NCBI GenBank assembly: GCA_040285855.1
Contig: JAUFOQ010000010.1
Coordinates: 62,001-126,000 of the forward strand
Source: Eukaryota sp. GEM-RC1
Taxonomy: Eukaryota
Length of the DNA: 64,000 nt
Direction: 5' to 3'
Shown here: positions 40,370 to 52,524 of the stretch, piece after piece
Layout: each line of letters starts with the position of its first letter
How positions within the stretch are numbered: position 1 is the first letter of the stretch
Notes under the pieces: model-generated
What the model was told of the DNA's origin: nothing
What the model saw: only the letters and a program-made list of their open reading frames with translations
Databases searched by the model: none
Program-made: the position numbers and the translations under genes

Positions 40370-41122
40370 ATGCCTCCTAAAGAGAAAAAACCCAAATTCG
40401 TTCCTATAACAGAAGATTGGGGTACACTAGATGAAACAGAATCTACTGGAACCGGTCTTGACATGTCTTTCAGCTTAACATTGTCTCCTTCTGTAGAAGC
40501 TACTACGCAAAGAAGACATGTGGTTACACCTTCCACACGACAAACTAGTCTTCCTCAGCGGTCACATCAGCGACAACCTCCTGCTACCACTGACCGTCCA
40601 CTCAGAGAGTCATATGTGCTCCCTACCCAAGCTCCTTTTACTGCTAGAATAGTCAACGCTCCACTCAACGTAACTAAGAACGACATTAGACGAACATTCT
40701 CATCTCTTTCTGTAACAGACGTTCGGCCTAATAATAGATTCAGTGGCAAGAAGAGTGGTAACATCTATGTTGATTTTCAAGATGTTGATGGATTAAAACA
40801 GTGTTTAGATAAGTATTGGATGTTTGAAATCAATGGCCGACCAATCAGAACCTATGTAGCTGATGCTCCCAAATCTACGGCCACGTGTCATCGTGTCACG
40901 ACCAACTTACGTGGAGTAAGCGAACCTCTTGTTATTCCATCAGTACAACAAAAGCCACTTCCAAATCACGATCGCGGTAATCTTTCTAGCGAGAAACGTC
41001 ATCAGAAAGGACAAAACCTTTCGCCTACTGCTCAACCCATGGTTAATACTACTACTACTGTCAAAGGTCACAAGTCAAATGTGACTCCCCCCAAATGTGA
41101 GGTCACTGTACCACCCTTTTAA
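40370..41122 (+). CDS. eIF4B/eIF4H-like RRM protein
   Basis: LPTQAPFTARIVNAP...IYVDFQDVDGLKQCL...NGRPIRTYVAD matches the eIF4B-type RRM layout; 3' end uncertain. Confidence 0.65.
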   Translation: MPPKEKKPKFVPITEDWGTLDETESTGTGLDMSFSLTLSPSVEATTQRRHVVTPSTRQTSLPQRSHQRQPPATTDRPLRESYVLPTQAPFTARIVNAPLNVTKNDIRRTFSSLSVTDVRPNNRFSGKKSGNIYVDFQDVDGLKQCLDKYWMFEINGRPIRTYVADAPKSTATCHRVTTNLRGVSEPLVIPSVQQKPLPNHDRGNLSSEKRHQKGQNLSPTAQPMVNTTTTVKGHKSNVTPPKCEVTVPPF

Positions 41123-42008
41123 ATGAAACTTTCAACTCAATTTCTGCGTGTCATTTTCTACCACAAGAGAAAGCGACAATATTAATCTAATATCACGTAT
41201 GTTCAATTATCAGAATGTTAATTGAAACTGTGATGTTAAGTGAAAATGAAGAAGATACTAAAAAGAAGTCAACCTTGAAAATTGATGACGTGTTCTTTCA
41301 TGATGACGTTTTCGTCTTGAATCTTTATCCACACTTCTTTTATTTCAACATCAATTTTTAGTACTCCTTCATTCTAGTTTTTAATAGAATTTTTTTTAAT
41401 TAAAATTATTTATGTCAGTCATTATTAAACAACTTCTATCGATATGGTATTGTGTTTGTTTTCAATATTTGCATTATATCAAATTCTTTTCGGTTTTTCA
41501 AATATGGTTTAGAACCCACTGAAACATTTTGTTTACTATTCAAGTCATTCCTCAAATTCTAAAATATTTAAATGTTGACCGTTGGAATCACAAAAGTCTT
41601 GCGATACAACATCCTTTGTCACTGCCACGTTAAACTTGTTGACGTGACCTCAACATCTTTATGCCCTTAAACTACTGAGGGATGAAGAAGTTTCCTTGTA
41701 GTATGACTGGTACAAAGGATAGGATTAGTTTAAGTAATTATTTAGTGATGTTTTATTCTGATTCTTTTTAAACTTGAACAAATTATGTTGTTTATCAGTT
41801 TTCTTCTTTTATATTAAGATTTGAAGTTCAATAATGGTCATGTTTTGATTTGTTCTTTGATCTTATTCAAAAACATTCTTGAAAAATCCTAACTTATCAC
41901 CTTTTTCCAGTGTTATTAATTTTACTTTAACACTAGGAAATGCTTTTATAAAGACCAAACATAATTTGATTGATCCAAACAGAACCATGACTGATAATAG
42001 TCTAATTT

Positions 42009-43081
42009 GATTGGTAAATTTGAGATCAGAATTGTCACTAATTTCACCTGACCTCTGGCAAACTTGTTTTCCAGCAGATATTTGTGAAATTCCAGAACGA
42101 TGTGTCACCTCGTTAAAATTTGCTCTTAAGAAACTCCAAAAACACCTTTTAAAACATTTTGAATGTCTGGATTTTAAAATTCGACTTGGCTCGGCCAAAG
42201 AAAAAAATCCAGCTTTCGCAAATTTTTAATCGATTTAAAGGACAGTTCTTCAGTTGCTTTGATTAACCAAATTCCTCAGATTTATGGTTTGTTGTTGAAT
42301 GATCATCAATGGACTACAACATTCAGACTTCGATGTTTCTTGTGGCCCTCTAATTTACCCAATGATCTTCAATGCAAATGTGGTAAATTAGTTACTTTTT
42401 CTCACCTTTTGAGTTGCAATCGTTTCATTACTTATAGAACTTGTATTCATGATGCTGTTAGAGATCAAATTCATGCAATGTGTAAGTCCTACAAAATCGA
42501 ATCTTTCGTTGAGCCACTGTTGAGATCACTGGAAATCAATAATTCAAAAAATAGTGATTCTGATAAGACTTTTGGTAAACGAAGAGCTGATGTTATAGTT
42601 CCATCAGTTAATGATGAACTAACCGTTGTTGATGTGATTACTGTGGATGTTTGCAAAAAAGTGCATTCAAGGATGCTAAAACTGAAGTTTCGCCACTGAA
42701 TTCTTCAGAACAATACAAGAGAAACAAATATGATGAACCACTGACTGCTCTCAAACATATTAGACATGTTGAGTACAAATTATGTCCTTTTGCAATTTCA
42801 ATTTATGGTCGACTTGGTAGAGATGCTCTTTGTTTTCTCTCTGATTTTGAGAAAGTGGTCAAAAAAGAATGAACAAGAAATTTGATTTCAAATTTTGGTT
42901 GAATCGTATTGTTTTTACAATATTTAAAACAATTCCTATCATGATTTCAAAAGCTCTATTAGCTCTCAGTGTTTTTTATGAAGAAAAAGCTGATGTGAGT
43001 TTTAATGGCAATGATTGTTGCTTTAATGATATTGAATTCTAGTATTTGTGTTTATTTTAATGTTTTTAATAAAGGGGATGT
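42009..43081 (+). mobile_element. 5'-truncated RLE non-LTR retrotransposon with 15-bp TSD
   Basis: CKCG...HLLSC...IHDAVRD knuckle, RRADV...VVDV nuclease, stop at 43042; TSD ataatagtctaattt at 41994-42008 and 43082-43096. Confidence 0.92.
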
Positions 43082-43532
43082 ATAATAGTCTAATTTTGGT
43101 TCTACACAATTAAGTTCTAAATAATATTATGTTCTGAAGAAGTTTAATCTCTACAGGATTTTAGACGAGTTTTAGTATCAAAGGTTTTAGTCTAAAGGAA
43201 ATGTAACTATTTTTTAAAAAAAAGTATTGTGATTTCATTGACTTCATGTTAGCAGTTGCTTCAAAGAGTCACCAAACCGGTTTTCTAATTATTCATTTGG
43301 GTCCAATACTGAAGATTTCTCTCAATTAGTTAATGCACTTCTACTTAACTCCAATTTAAAACAAATCAATCTCAGTAATGATAAGATGTGTTTTGTGAAA
43401 CTTTTGTAACTATTTGAACTGGTTTCAAGTGGTAGATTAACAGTATATATAGATCAAACTGAAAAACACAACACGCCAAGATAACTTGTATCAGGACAAA
43501 GTAACTCAAGACTGTGCTATTTAATAGACTAA

Positions 43533-43760
43533 CTATGTTCTGGATCTCAGGCGATTCATCAAAGCCTCTATTTCAGTTCTGCGGCGTTCCGTCTCTTCCT
43601 GATCCAATGACATAGAAACAGTAATCCAAGATCCCTCAGAAACACTTGCAGGAAGAAGGCTTCTGGGCACATCAAGTTGCTCCTCATTGTCTCCCACAAG
43701 TACAACGGCATACTGTCCCTCAAATCTATCAATGCATGCTTTGTGTTGTACTGAAGACAT
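43533..43760 (-). CDS. DUF3006 domain protein
   Basis: IDRFEGQYAVV...VPRSLLP...EG...DQEETERRRTEIEALMNRL matches the DUF3006 consensus; intact 75-aa ORF. Confidence 0.85.
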   Translation of the reverse strand: MSSVQHKACIDRFEGQYAVVLVGDNEEQLDVPRSLLPASVSEGSWITVSMSLDQEETERRRTEIEALMNRLRSRT

Positions 43761-43777
43761 TTAAAACAGAATTTGGT

Positions 43778-44137
43778 TTATTTTACGATGGCTCTGCCAA
43801 TACCTCCAGCCCTTTCAACTCCGACGGGCATAAGAACCGATTCTTGTTCTTCCACAATTTCTTTGACAGGATAGCTCCTTGCCATACCAACAGGTTTGTT
43901 GCTGTTTTCCATGCTTTCCTCCAATGCTCTTCTCCGTGATTTCCCTTCTTCAGACTCCCTTCGCTGAGCTACATTTGTTGTATAGCATGCAATATCATCA
44001 GCATAAACCACTGGCCTGTTCCTTCTGTCTTTCTTAATCTCCTTCTCTGGGAAAAATGATATCTCCTCTGACATCATCTCTGACAGTATGAACGGTGTCT
44101 CTCCCTTTTGAAACTCTTCTTCACTCTTTGCTCCCAT
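43778..44137 (-). CDS. Hypothetical charged protein, possibly a frameshifted continuation of the upstream ORF
   Basis: 119-aa ATG ORF filling the gap between two genes; no recognisable motif. Confidence 0.4.
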   Translation of the reverse strand: MGAKSEEEFQKGETPFILSEMMSEEISFFPEKEIKKDRRNRPVVYADDIACYTTNVAQRRESEEGKSRRRALEESMENSNKPVGMARSYPVKEIVEEQESVLMPVGVERAGGIGRAIVK

Positions 44138-44625
44138 GCTGATGTTCTAGGACCTCCGTACTTCTTCCCGTTCTTGGTCAGATTGTAGAGTTCTTGCAAA
44201 TCTTCGTCAGTTGGAGCTCCTTCAAAGTGCTTTATACAAACTCCATCATTGTCAATCAAGTACACGTGGCACCTTCCCTTTTCGATTTTTAAGTCGTTTA
44301 CCACTTGATGAGCAGCACTTCCTGAACAAGGTACGATGAACTGCTTTTCTTCTTCGGAGAGATCTTTCTTTTGATGACGTGACGATAGATGACGTGTTAG
44401 ACTTTGAAAGAATCCTTCAAATAGTTTAATGTGAATAAAAGCATAGTTGTTCTTGTCAAACTTTGATATTTTTTCGTACCAATAGGTCTTCCATGCTTCT
44501 GCTTGTTGAATTTCCTCTGAATTGTTCTGAGACACAGCTATCAGAGTGGTTTTGCTCACTGGTGGAATAGAGACTTGCTGTTCGTTCAAGTTTTCAAAGA
44601 GGTATCTTGGGAAAACAAATGTCAT
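44074..44625 (-). CDS. Thioredoxin-fold protein, ATP10-like
   Basis: FP..L start, TLIAV strand, conserved W, HVYLIDNDG...EGAPTDEDLQEL end; no CxxC. Confidence 0.5.
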   Translation of the reverse strand: MTFVFPRYLFENLNEQQVSIPPVSKTTLIAVSQNNSEEIQQAEAWKTYWYEKISKFDKNNYAFIHIKLFEGFFQSLTRHLSSRHQKKDLSEEEKQFIVPCSGSAAHQVVNDLKIEKGRCHVYLIDNDGVCIKHFEGAPTDEDLQELYNLTKNGKKYGGPRTSAWEQRVKKSFKRERHRSYCQR

Positions 44626-45037
44626 TTCTGTAGGTTTAGAGACCGGAAACAGATGTGTGATAGTGATTTCTGAGTTAGTAGATATCTTCTCTTATCTTGG
44701 CTTTACACTGTACCCGATTCACAATCTAATCAACAGTCATCATGTTCGTATCTGCAGGGTTAAAAGGTGATGCACAAAACCCTCTGTTCAGTTGGTATCT
44801 ACGATTTTAATGATCATTATGTTTCCACTTGCTGGTCTAAATCCGACTTCTGAGTTTATCTCCAGCCAACGTTTTTTTAACTCTTTTATTTCACATAGAG
44901 TGTAGCTCTACATTGTTTATCACGTGATTAATCAATCAATTTTCAATTTCGTACAATAATTCACTTCACTTTGGTATTCTCCTTTTAAAAGAGATTCAGA
45001 AAGGCCTGATGGTTTTTCTTAACATAGACTAAAATTA

Positions 45038-45127
45038 AACAGCCACTGGGAGTCGAACCCCGATCTCTCTGAGCGTTTGTCCTGAAGTACAATCAACAGA
45101 AGCGTTCTACCATTAAACTATGACTGA
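45038..45127 (-). tRNA. Intron-containing tRNA-like gene or pseudogene, isotype unresolved
   Basis: Acceptor TCAGTCA/TGGCTGT, D arm GTTT-AATGGTA-GAAC, anticodon stem TTCTG/CAGAG around a 25-nt loop, T arm GGG-TTCGACT-CCC, downstream TTTT. Confidence 0.65.
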
Positions 45128-45155
45128 CAGCTTTGAACAGAAACGGGTACTAGTA

Positions 45156-45289
45156 TATGTGCGGACAAAAACACATAATAAGAAAACAACAAATCAATAA
45201 ACCCTATTAAATCAAATTATCAAACGAACTGCCTAATTCCGAAAAGTAGTTGGCTCCAAACAACTTGGACAAAATGGAATCAATATATC
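45156..45289. repeat. Dispersed ~130-bp repeat, copy 2
   Basis: Reverse complement of 3123-3254. Confidence 0.85.
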
Positions 45290-45499
45290 CACACATTGAC
45301 CTAAAAATCGAAAAAGAAAATTTACACTTCCAGTACGATCTGTTAAACTTCTTGCCAAATTCTGACCACAACTTTTCAAATAAATTTAAAAACTCCTTGA
45401 CAGCTTATGTAACGTTATTCAATATATACACAAAGTGTGATGTGAATGTAGAGTTGAATTTCCTACAAAGCTAAGGAGTGTTTTTATTCTTATCAATGT

Positions 45500-45934
45500 G
45501 GTATTTCACGGTTACTAATGGAGCTTCTGTGGTTGCCCTTTCAGCTGATGTTTTCTGTAATGCTGTTGTAAATAATTGCATTTTTAATCTCAATTTCAAG
45601 AATGCTTTTACTTCCGTTGAACGATCTGCCGTTGTTTCTGAATTGGAAAATTGTTTTCCTGTGTTAGGAGGCTTTTTCCACTGTTTACATCAAGGACTGT
45701 CAAAAGTATATTACACTTTTACCATTATTTTTTTACAGTACATTTTCCTATTGTTGGATTAATGCATTCTAAATGTAATAGACTAAACAACCAAAATTGA
45801 ATATCATTAAAACAACACCCGTCGCCATCACTACTTACAAAAGCTATGTCCTCATAAAAGGAACTCACAGCCAATAAAACATTGGAGATGACCAGGGGAA
45901 TTATTTTAAAGATGGTAAAAGCGATACGGTTCAT
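45500..45934. mobile_element. Two retroelement fragments: RT motif on plus, 3' end on minus
   Basis: LNFKNAFTSVER (RT motif) on plus; MNRIAFTIFK...CCFNDIQF on minus. Confidence 0.7.
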
Positions 45935-45941
45935 CCGTGAC

Positions 45942-46045
45942 TAGGAGTGGGGAAACTCCAACTCGACTCCAAACAATATATTTTACAAGTGAACTTCACT
46001 CCAACTTCACTTCAACTCAAGTCACTTGTAGACTTCACTTCACAC
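45942..46045. mobile_element. Orphan hAT-like terminus
   Basis: TAGGAGTGGGGAA start (resembles the ends of the 75-bp element at 54966) with acttc/actcc subterminal repeats; partner end not found. Confidence 0.5.
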
Positions 46046-46464
46046 AAATTTTTTGAATTTTGTTCTTATAAAATTCCTCTTCTTTGACGCTTCTGTCGCT
46101 TCTACCAGGTATATACAACGATGACTCACCGCGTTTCCATTCACACTAAAACAAACACTAAAACAAAAACACTGTTAGACACCCACCGTTAAACACTGTT
46201 AGATATCTACCGTGATGGTGTCGGCGCAATGCATCCTTTAATTTTTATGAAAAATAGGTTATCAAGAAGAGTTTCAGATGTTATTTGAAAAACTGGTTTC
46301 AATATTTGGTAAGTAATAGTTTTCTCTTTTCGTCTTTTAAGCTGTGCGATTATGAATTTTCATTTTGCAATAAGTTTGGGTGATACTGCCACGAAATAAA
46401 CTCTCTTCCTCTTTTAGGATAGCTCAAGTTGGTTCATCATCATGTGACCGAAGTTGGTTCATTA

Positions 46465-47101
46465 CATAGTTGTGGATACCTATATCCCAATAAAAAGAAT
46501 ACCTAATACCTACCAAAATACCAAAATACCGAATACCTCAGCCTGATAACTGAATACCCAGACAAATGATTGAATACATTATCGAAGCTAATTTATATAA
46601 CCTGTTGTACAAAGATCTCAATCAACAATATACAGTGCTACAAACTATATTACTCGTCGCTGCGTCTTGTTTTTCTTCCACATAGTCCATTCATATGGTT
46701 GACAACCATTACACCTGATATCCACAAGTTCTTTCTTGATAGTCTTGGCTGTGTCAAGCTTCCACAATGGGTTCTTAGAAGATTGCCTAATGGTAGCAAA
46801 AAAAAGTGTCCTTTTGTTGGTAAAAGATGATTCAAAGAGAAGGTTGGCAATAATTCAACAAACAGTTTTAATCTAGTGTTGACTTAGAACACGTACAATG
46901 TATCCAATTGTTCAAAAATAGAAAATTTGATTAATCCAAATGCGTGTACTAAACAAAATTAATACTATTTAAATGTAGCATTAGAAGGGAACTTTTGGTA
47001 GCAACAGTAGTATCTCCAATATGAGACATGAAAATACCTAATACCTACCTCAATACCTAATACCTACCGAAATACCTCGAATTTAGGTATCCACAACTAT
47101 G
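46465..47101. mobile_element. Non-autonomous hAT element, 637 bp
   Basis: Perfect TIR CATAGTTGTGGATACCTA; TSD gttcatta (46457-46464, 47102-47109); AATACC subterminal repeats. Confidence 0.93.
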
Positions 47102-47589
47102 GTTCATTAGTATTTGAAATTCACATCGATTAAGAGTCTTTGTTGCAGGGAGTTTGGTGACTTTACTTCTGTCCGTAATAGTATTATTGGCACATAGTAA
47201 AATAGAACGTTTATGATTAAGCTACAAATTGATGTGTCTAATTCTGGGCTACAATTATACACATCTATGGTATAAGAAAAATGCGTCAAAAAGTTGCTAT
47301 ATTTATGGGGTACGCATTCAATCACATTATTCAATCACTTATCTTTGGCACCGAGTGCGGAAATACGACGGGTGTGAAGATCGCATCGTTTATTGTAATT
47401 CTCATCTTTATATGCTGACGTCATCAGAAGAAGTGATGACAGTTGAACTTTAAAATCATTCTGACAAACAGCAACATTCATTCTTAAGACACAATCAAAA
47501 AAGATATACCTGCAATAAACGTACTTTAATATTAAACAAATACAAAAGCACGCACACATAAAAGACTATAAAACTAGAATATTAAATAA

Positions 47590-49433
47590 TTACTTTGATT
47601 CCAACAAACTCATATCAGAAACTCGACATTGTCGAATCTTCTTGGTCATATTTTCGTATTTTCTCTTCGCTGACTCGCTTACACTGGGTGAGACTTTACC
47701 ACTATTAACAACTTCTAAAAAGTGATGACGTGTCACAACAGCCTTTTTCCCAGTCGTCAGATTCTCTTTCAAAGCTAGCAGACAAGCTTCTCGTACCAGC
47801 ATTGACAAGTCAGCTCCCGAGAAACCTTGTGTTTTCTGAGCAAGAAACTCGATAACAAATTCATTTAAGTCACTTGTGGCAAGTTTCTTTGTCAACTTAT
47901 GTAAGATTTGCCGGCGCCCTGCTTCACCTGGTAAAGGTACGTACAGAAGCAGATCTAATCTACCTGGTCTCAGCATTGCAGCGTCAATAATGTCTGGTCT
48001 ATTAGTAGCAGCTATCACGAACACTTGCCTATTTGAATCCAATCCATCCATCTCAGTCAGCAACTGATTAACAACCCTCTCACTTGCCTGATTCCCTTCC
48101 CCACTTCTCTTTGGACATAGAGCGTCAAGTTCATCAAAGAAAACAACACAAGGAGCTGATACTCTTGACCTTTCAAACACTGACCTCACTGCTCGTTCAC
48201 TTTCTCCCACGTATTTGTTAAGTAACTCTGGTCCCTTAACATAGATAAAGTTAGCACCAGACTCATTGGCAATTGCCTTGGCCAATAGAGTCTTACCACA
48301 CCCTGGGGGTCCGTAGAGTAGAACCCCCGTACTAATAGACAAGCCCAGTGCTTCAAACTTCTCAGGACATCTAATAGGTTCTAAAATACTAGCTGTTAAT
48401 TGTGTATGTACCTCATCCAAAGCTCCCACGTCATCCCACGTGACGTCTGGGACAGTGGCGAAACCTTCCCTTTTGCTGTAGGTTGGACGCGTGGTAGAAC
48501 TTCATAGAAATCTTGAATTGTGATTGTTCCGTTAACTTCCGGAGGTGTTTGGTCTGTATCATTCATTTTTGACTCCTGATTGACAATCATACGTTCAACA
48601 GCAGCCCACCCAGCTTCCCTAATCAAAACTTCCACGTCAGCACCCACGTAACCAGGTGTTTTTTGAGCTAGATCATTAATATCGTCATCAGTCAAGGAAA
48701 TTCCTTTCTTTTGAGTTAAAACCTGTAACAAATGACAACGTTGAGCTTTGGACGGCACTTTCAAACACACTTCTCTATCAAACCTTCCAGTTCTTCTTAA
48801 AGACGGATCAATTGACTCTGGCCTACTAGTGGCAGCTAGAATAACAACAACTTTCTCAGGATCATCGTTGAGGAAGTCAATGCTACTTGAGAGCTGTGAG
48901 ACTATCCTCTTTTCCATTTCTCTTGGTGTTGAGTCTCTCTTGGGAGCAATGGCGTCAATTTCATCAATAAATATTAAAGAGGGGGACGTTTTCAGGGCCT
49001 CTTCGAATAGTGACCGGATGTTGGACTCTGATTCCCCAGACATTCCAGAAACTATCTCAGGAGCAGTGATCTTGTAGAAAGCAACGTTGTGGGCAAGGAG
49101 TTCACCACCTAGAGCGTTTGCTAAGACACTTTTGCCAGAACCAGGAGGACCTGTTAGAAGGATACCTCGAGGAGGAGAGACGTTGAGAGTGGAGTAGAGA
49201 GAAGCATAGCGGAAAGGATTGATGATGAGTTTTTGGATGTCCGAAATGCAGTCGAGACCACCTAGATCTGAAAGACGAGTATTAGGAGTAGATCTCGTCC
49301 ATACTTTCTTTGTAGCAAAAGGGGGATCAGAACGAGATTTCTTTGGATTATCTGTGTTGGATTTGCGTTGCTTACGAGAGTCAACAGCTATAGATCTAGG
49401 CAGCATAACTTGGGGGGTTGGTACTGCTGACAT
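47590..49433 (-). CDS. NVL: NVL/Rix7 type II AAA+ ATPase (60S ribosome biogenesis)
   Basis: D1 GPPGSGKS...IVSGMSGESE...REMEKRIVSQL; linker KREGFATVPDVTWDDVG (restored by +1 A at 48471-48474); D2 GPPGCGKT...GPELLNKYVGESERAVR. Start uncertain. Confidence 0.92.
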
Positions 49434-52400
49434 GGGAAGAGCAGGGGAAGTTGACTTTTGGTCTACTACTAGTAGTATGTTCTGTCTAGCAAATCTTCAT
49501 GGACTTTTTTTCTCTACTTTCTTGCTGAACAGACCTACTCATTACTTCAATATCATTCTTACTTGTGATTCACTTCTGAACCTGTCATGGACTTTTGATG
49601 ACTTATAATCCACAATCTTTTAATCGTTGCTCAAAGAAATAAACTTGAGGCTCAGATGATGTGAATGAGTTTCTGGATTGATAAGGTTTTCTACCTTTCT
49701 AATAAATTTGTAGATAACTGTGTTGAACCTGTTGTCGTCTTCTTATTGTTTATCCATCTTAATCAGTAATTTATTTTGTCCTATGAATCTGACCACCCTG
49801 GTCATCGTTCTAATTTGCTAACATTGTCTTTTCCAACTCAAATACTTCATCTCTGTCTTGTCATGAGTGAGCGTTTGATTGTTGTTATATATTGACTCTG
49901 TAATTAATGAAAAAAATTAATGATTTTGGTGTTACTTAATTGGTGTTAATTTATTTCATTATTCTTACAGTCAACTCTTGATACTACTCGAACTTTTTTG
50001 TGAGGTCCTAATGGTACGAGTTAACAAGAGTTGACTCTACTGTGTCAACCTTTTCTTGTGAATAATTGGTCACAGTTTAAAAATTTAAAGTTTAAAGTTT
50101 ACACTGATTCGTTGATTTTGTATATTAAAACGTGGTTAAATGTGATTGTCCTTTTATGTAATGTTTAGTCGATTCTGTATTTGAGTTGTTCTGTTTCAAT
50201 TAATTTGTTATTAATTAGTTGGTATTCTAGTTTGAAATCCAATCGGTCTATTAACTGGTTTCAGACACTTTACTTAAAAAGAAGTTCTTTTTTTGTTATA
50301 AGAAGCCGAGTGTTTGTATTTTGACGAAAATTTGTTTTATCATTATTTTCTTTTGGTGTATTTGATTTGATAATTTGAATTATTTGAGTCTGAAACGAGG
50401 GTTTAAGGTAAATTTTGGATCATTTCAAAAGTAATAGAGAACGACCAAATTTGAAAATTTGAAACTTGTTACCATTAATCGACTGTATTTATGGCTACGT
50501 GTTTTTTTAATGCATTCGGATACTGAAACCAACTTTCTCACAGTCTTTTCATTAGTATGAAGAGTTAAAGTCACGTCATACTGGTAACCTATGACGTGAT
50601 AACCTCACGATCTTGATTCTAACATCTTTTTCTGAATCAACGAAGTTAGATTCACTGATACTTAGTCGATTGCTTGCCTGTTCTGTGGGTTTTTGGATCC
50701 CAACGCAGTCCTTTCAAGTATATCTTCTTGTGAACATGTGAGAAGATATAGTACATGTACTGTCGTAGAGCCAGTTCAAGTAACTTCAATTTTGTTTATG
50801 TCTCTCGTCAGAATTTAGTTTTTATTTGAATCACTTTAATGTTAGGTTAGTTTGGCGTTTTTATTACATCAAAACTGAACTATTTAAAATATTGTAAATT
50901 CTCTTCAATGTTTTTCTCCTTCTTTGGAGCTGAAGTCTGCTTTGATTGTCACTTGATGGTCATTATTTAGTTGCTAGTTACACTCAAGTTTTTGTTCATA
51001 CATCTTCATATTTAAAGATGTACAGTCACAAACATTAACCGTTACCTGATTTAAACATTTAAATAATACAGCTCGTCACAACAATTGTTGGCTTTTGTGA
51101 GGAGTCAAAGCTATAACAATCTTGAAAACAGTGATTTGTAGATCAATTAGCAACTATACATAATTGAATACACTCCAGCTACAATTTACTGACATTTGTA
51201 CACGTATACACCCAAAGTGTACAACTCTGGGTGTAGAATATGGATGTTTATTATAAACTTGACACTCCTCGATGCTCCAAACGTCAACACGTGATCACTG
51301 CAACGTCGTCATTGCCCAACACGATGACGTCATCTAAACAGTAAAGTCGTCCTTTCTGTTCCAACAAAGTGGATATTAATCATCATATTAAGTACAATAC
51401 ATTCCACTACTGTTAACAATGTAAGAGTACTGTCATTTATAATGTCCAGTTTAAGTCAAGTTCCACATTTCGTTTCAAGAAAGTTCATTGTCAGTTTAAC
51501 CATTTCAAAAAATTTGCTCGATTGTCAATAAAAAAATCAAGGAAGATTCTATTATCCGCACAGTGATGAAAATATGAAATAGTGATGGATCGATTTACCT
51601 ACAGATTGTTATAAGTGGAGATTCTTGAATACATAATATTCGATCTCATGCTCATAAGTTCAGGCAGGAATGTGTATTATCGATATCTTTTATTTATCTT
51701 TTGTTAGGCAACTTCGATAAATATACTGTCAGCGAAAATACCTTATTTATTTATCGACTATTGAGCCATGAATCGATAAATATATCTTTGATAATTGATT
51801 GATATACAATATAAATTGAAAGATATCTATATTAATAAACTACGTTTCTAAGCTTAACGCATTTCCAAGCCCCACGCGTATATCTGTGCTCAACTTTTGG
51901 AGGGGTTGGGGCAGAATAAGCTAACATACAGTTGAAGTTGGCAACTTTGGCATAACATATAGCCGCAAAGTTTTTTCGGGACAACTTATGGGCCATGGTG
52001 GAATTATGCAGCAGCAAAAAATTTCTCCAACATCATTTATCAGTCCTCACAGCATTTTGGAATACACCGATTGCTTCAATTAATCTCACTGGAAAATAGT
52101 GTCAGTGAGACTAATTCCGATATGAAAGTTTCATTTTTGACCTCCCAAGTAGTACTACTTTGGTTGTTTTTAACGAGAAAGATGCAACAAAAATACATTT
52201 GATTGAATGACCTTTTACAGTTAGAAGAACTTGTACACTGATAAGATCAACTTAAAACTCAACTTGAAAATCTGATACCTCTCTGAACACTCTGTATCAT
52301 ATGTTCTAGCTACATCCGTAGCTTTAAGGCCCAAAGCATCTTCCAAGGTCCAACTGAAAATGGTACTGGAGTTTGGCATCAACAAATATACTCTGCCCTT

Positions 52401-52524
52401 GATACATCTGTGTTTCTTGAAGACAAATGTTCAAGCTATATCAAAGAGATTAATAATTTAAATTAGAGAGACGGTTTTTAAAAAACAAATGATTTCAGGA
52501 AATGATTTATTTAGTGAAACTAGT

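Noticed and set aside
20651..49433. Stop-codon reassignment
   Set aside because: Conserved genes end in TAA, TAG and TGA and have no in-frame stops once indels are fixed; in-frame stops are confined to decayed elements.
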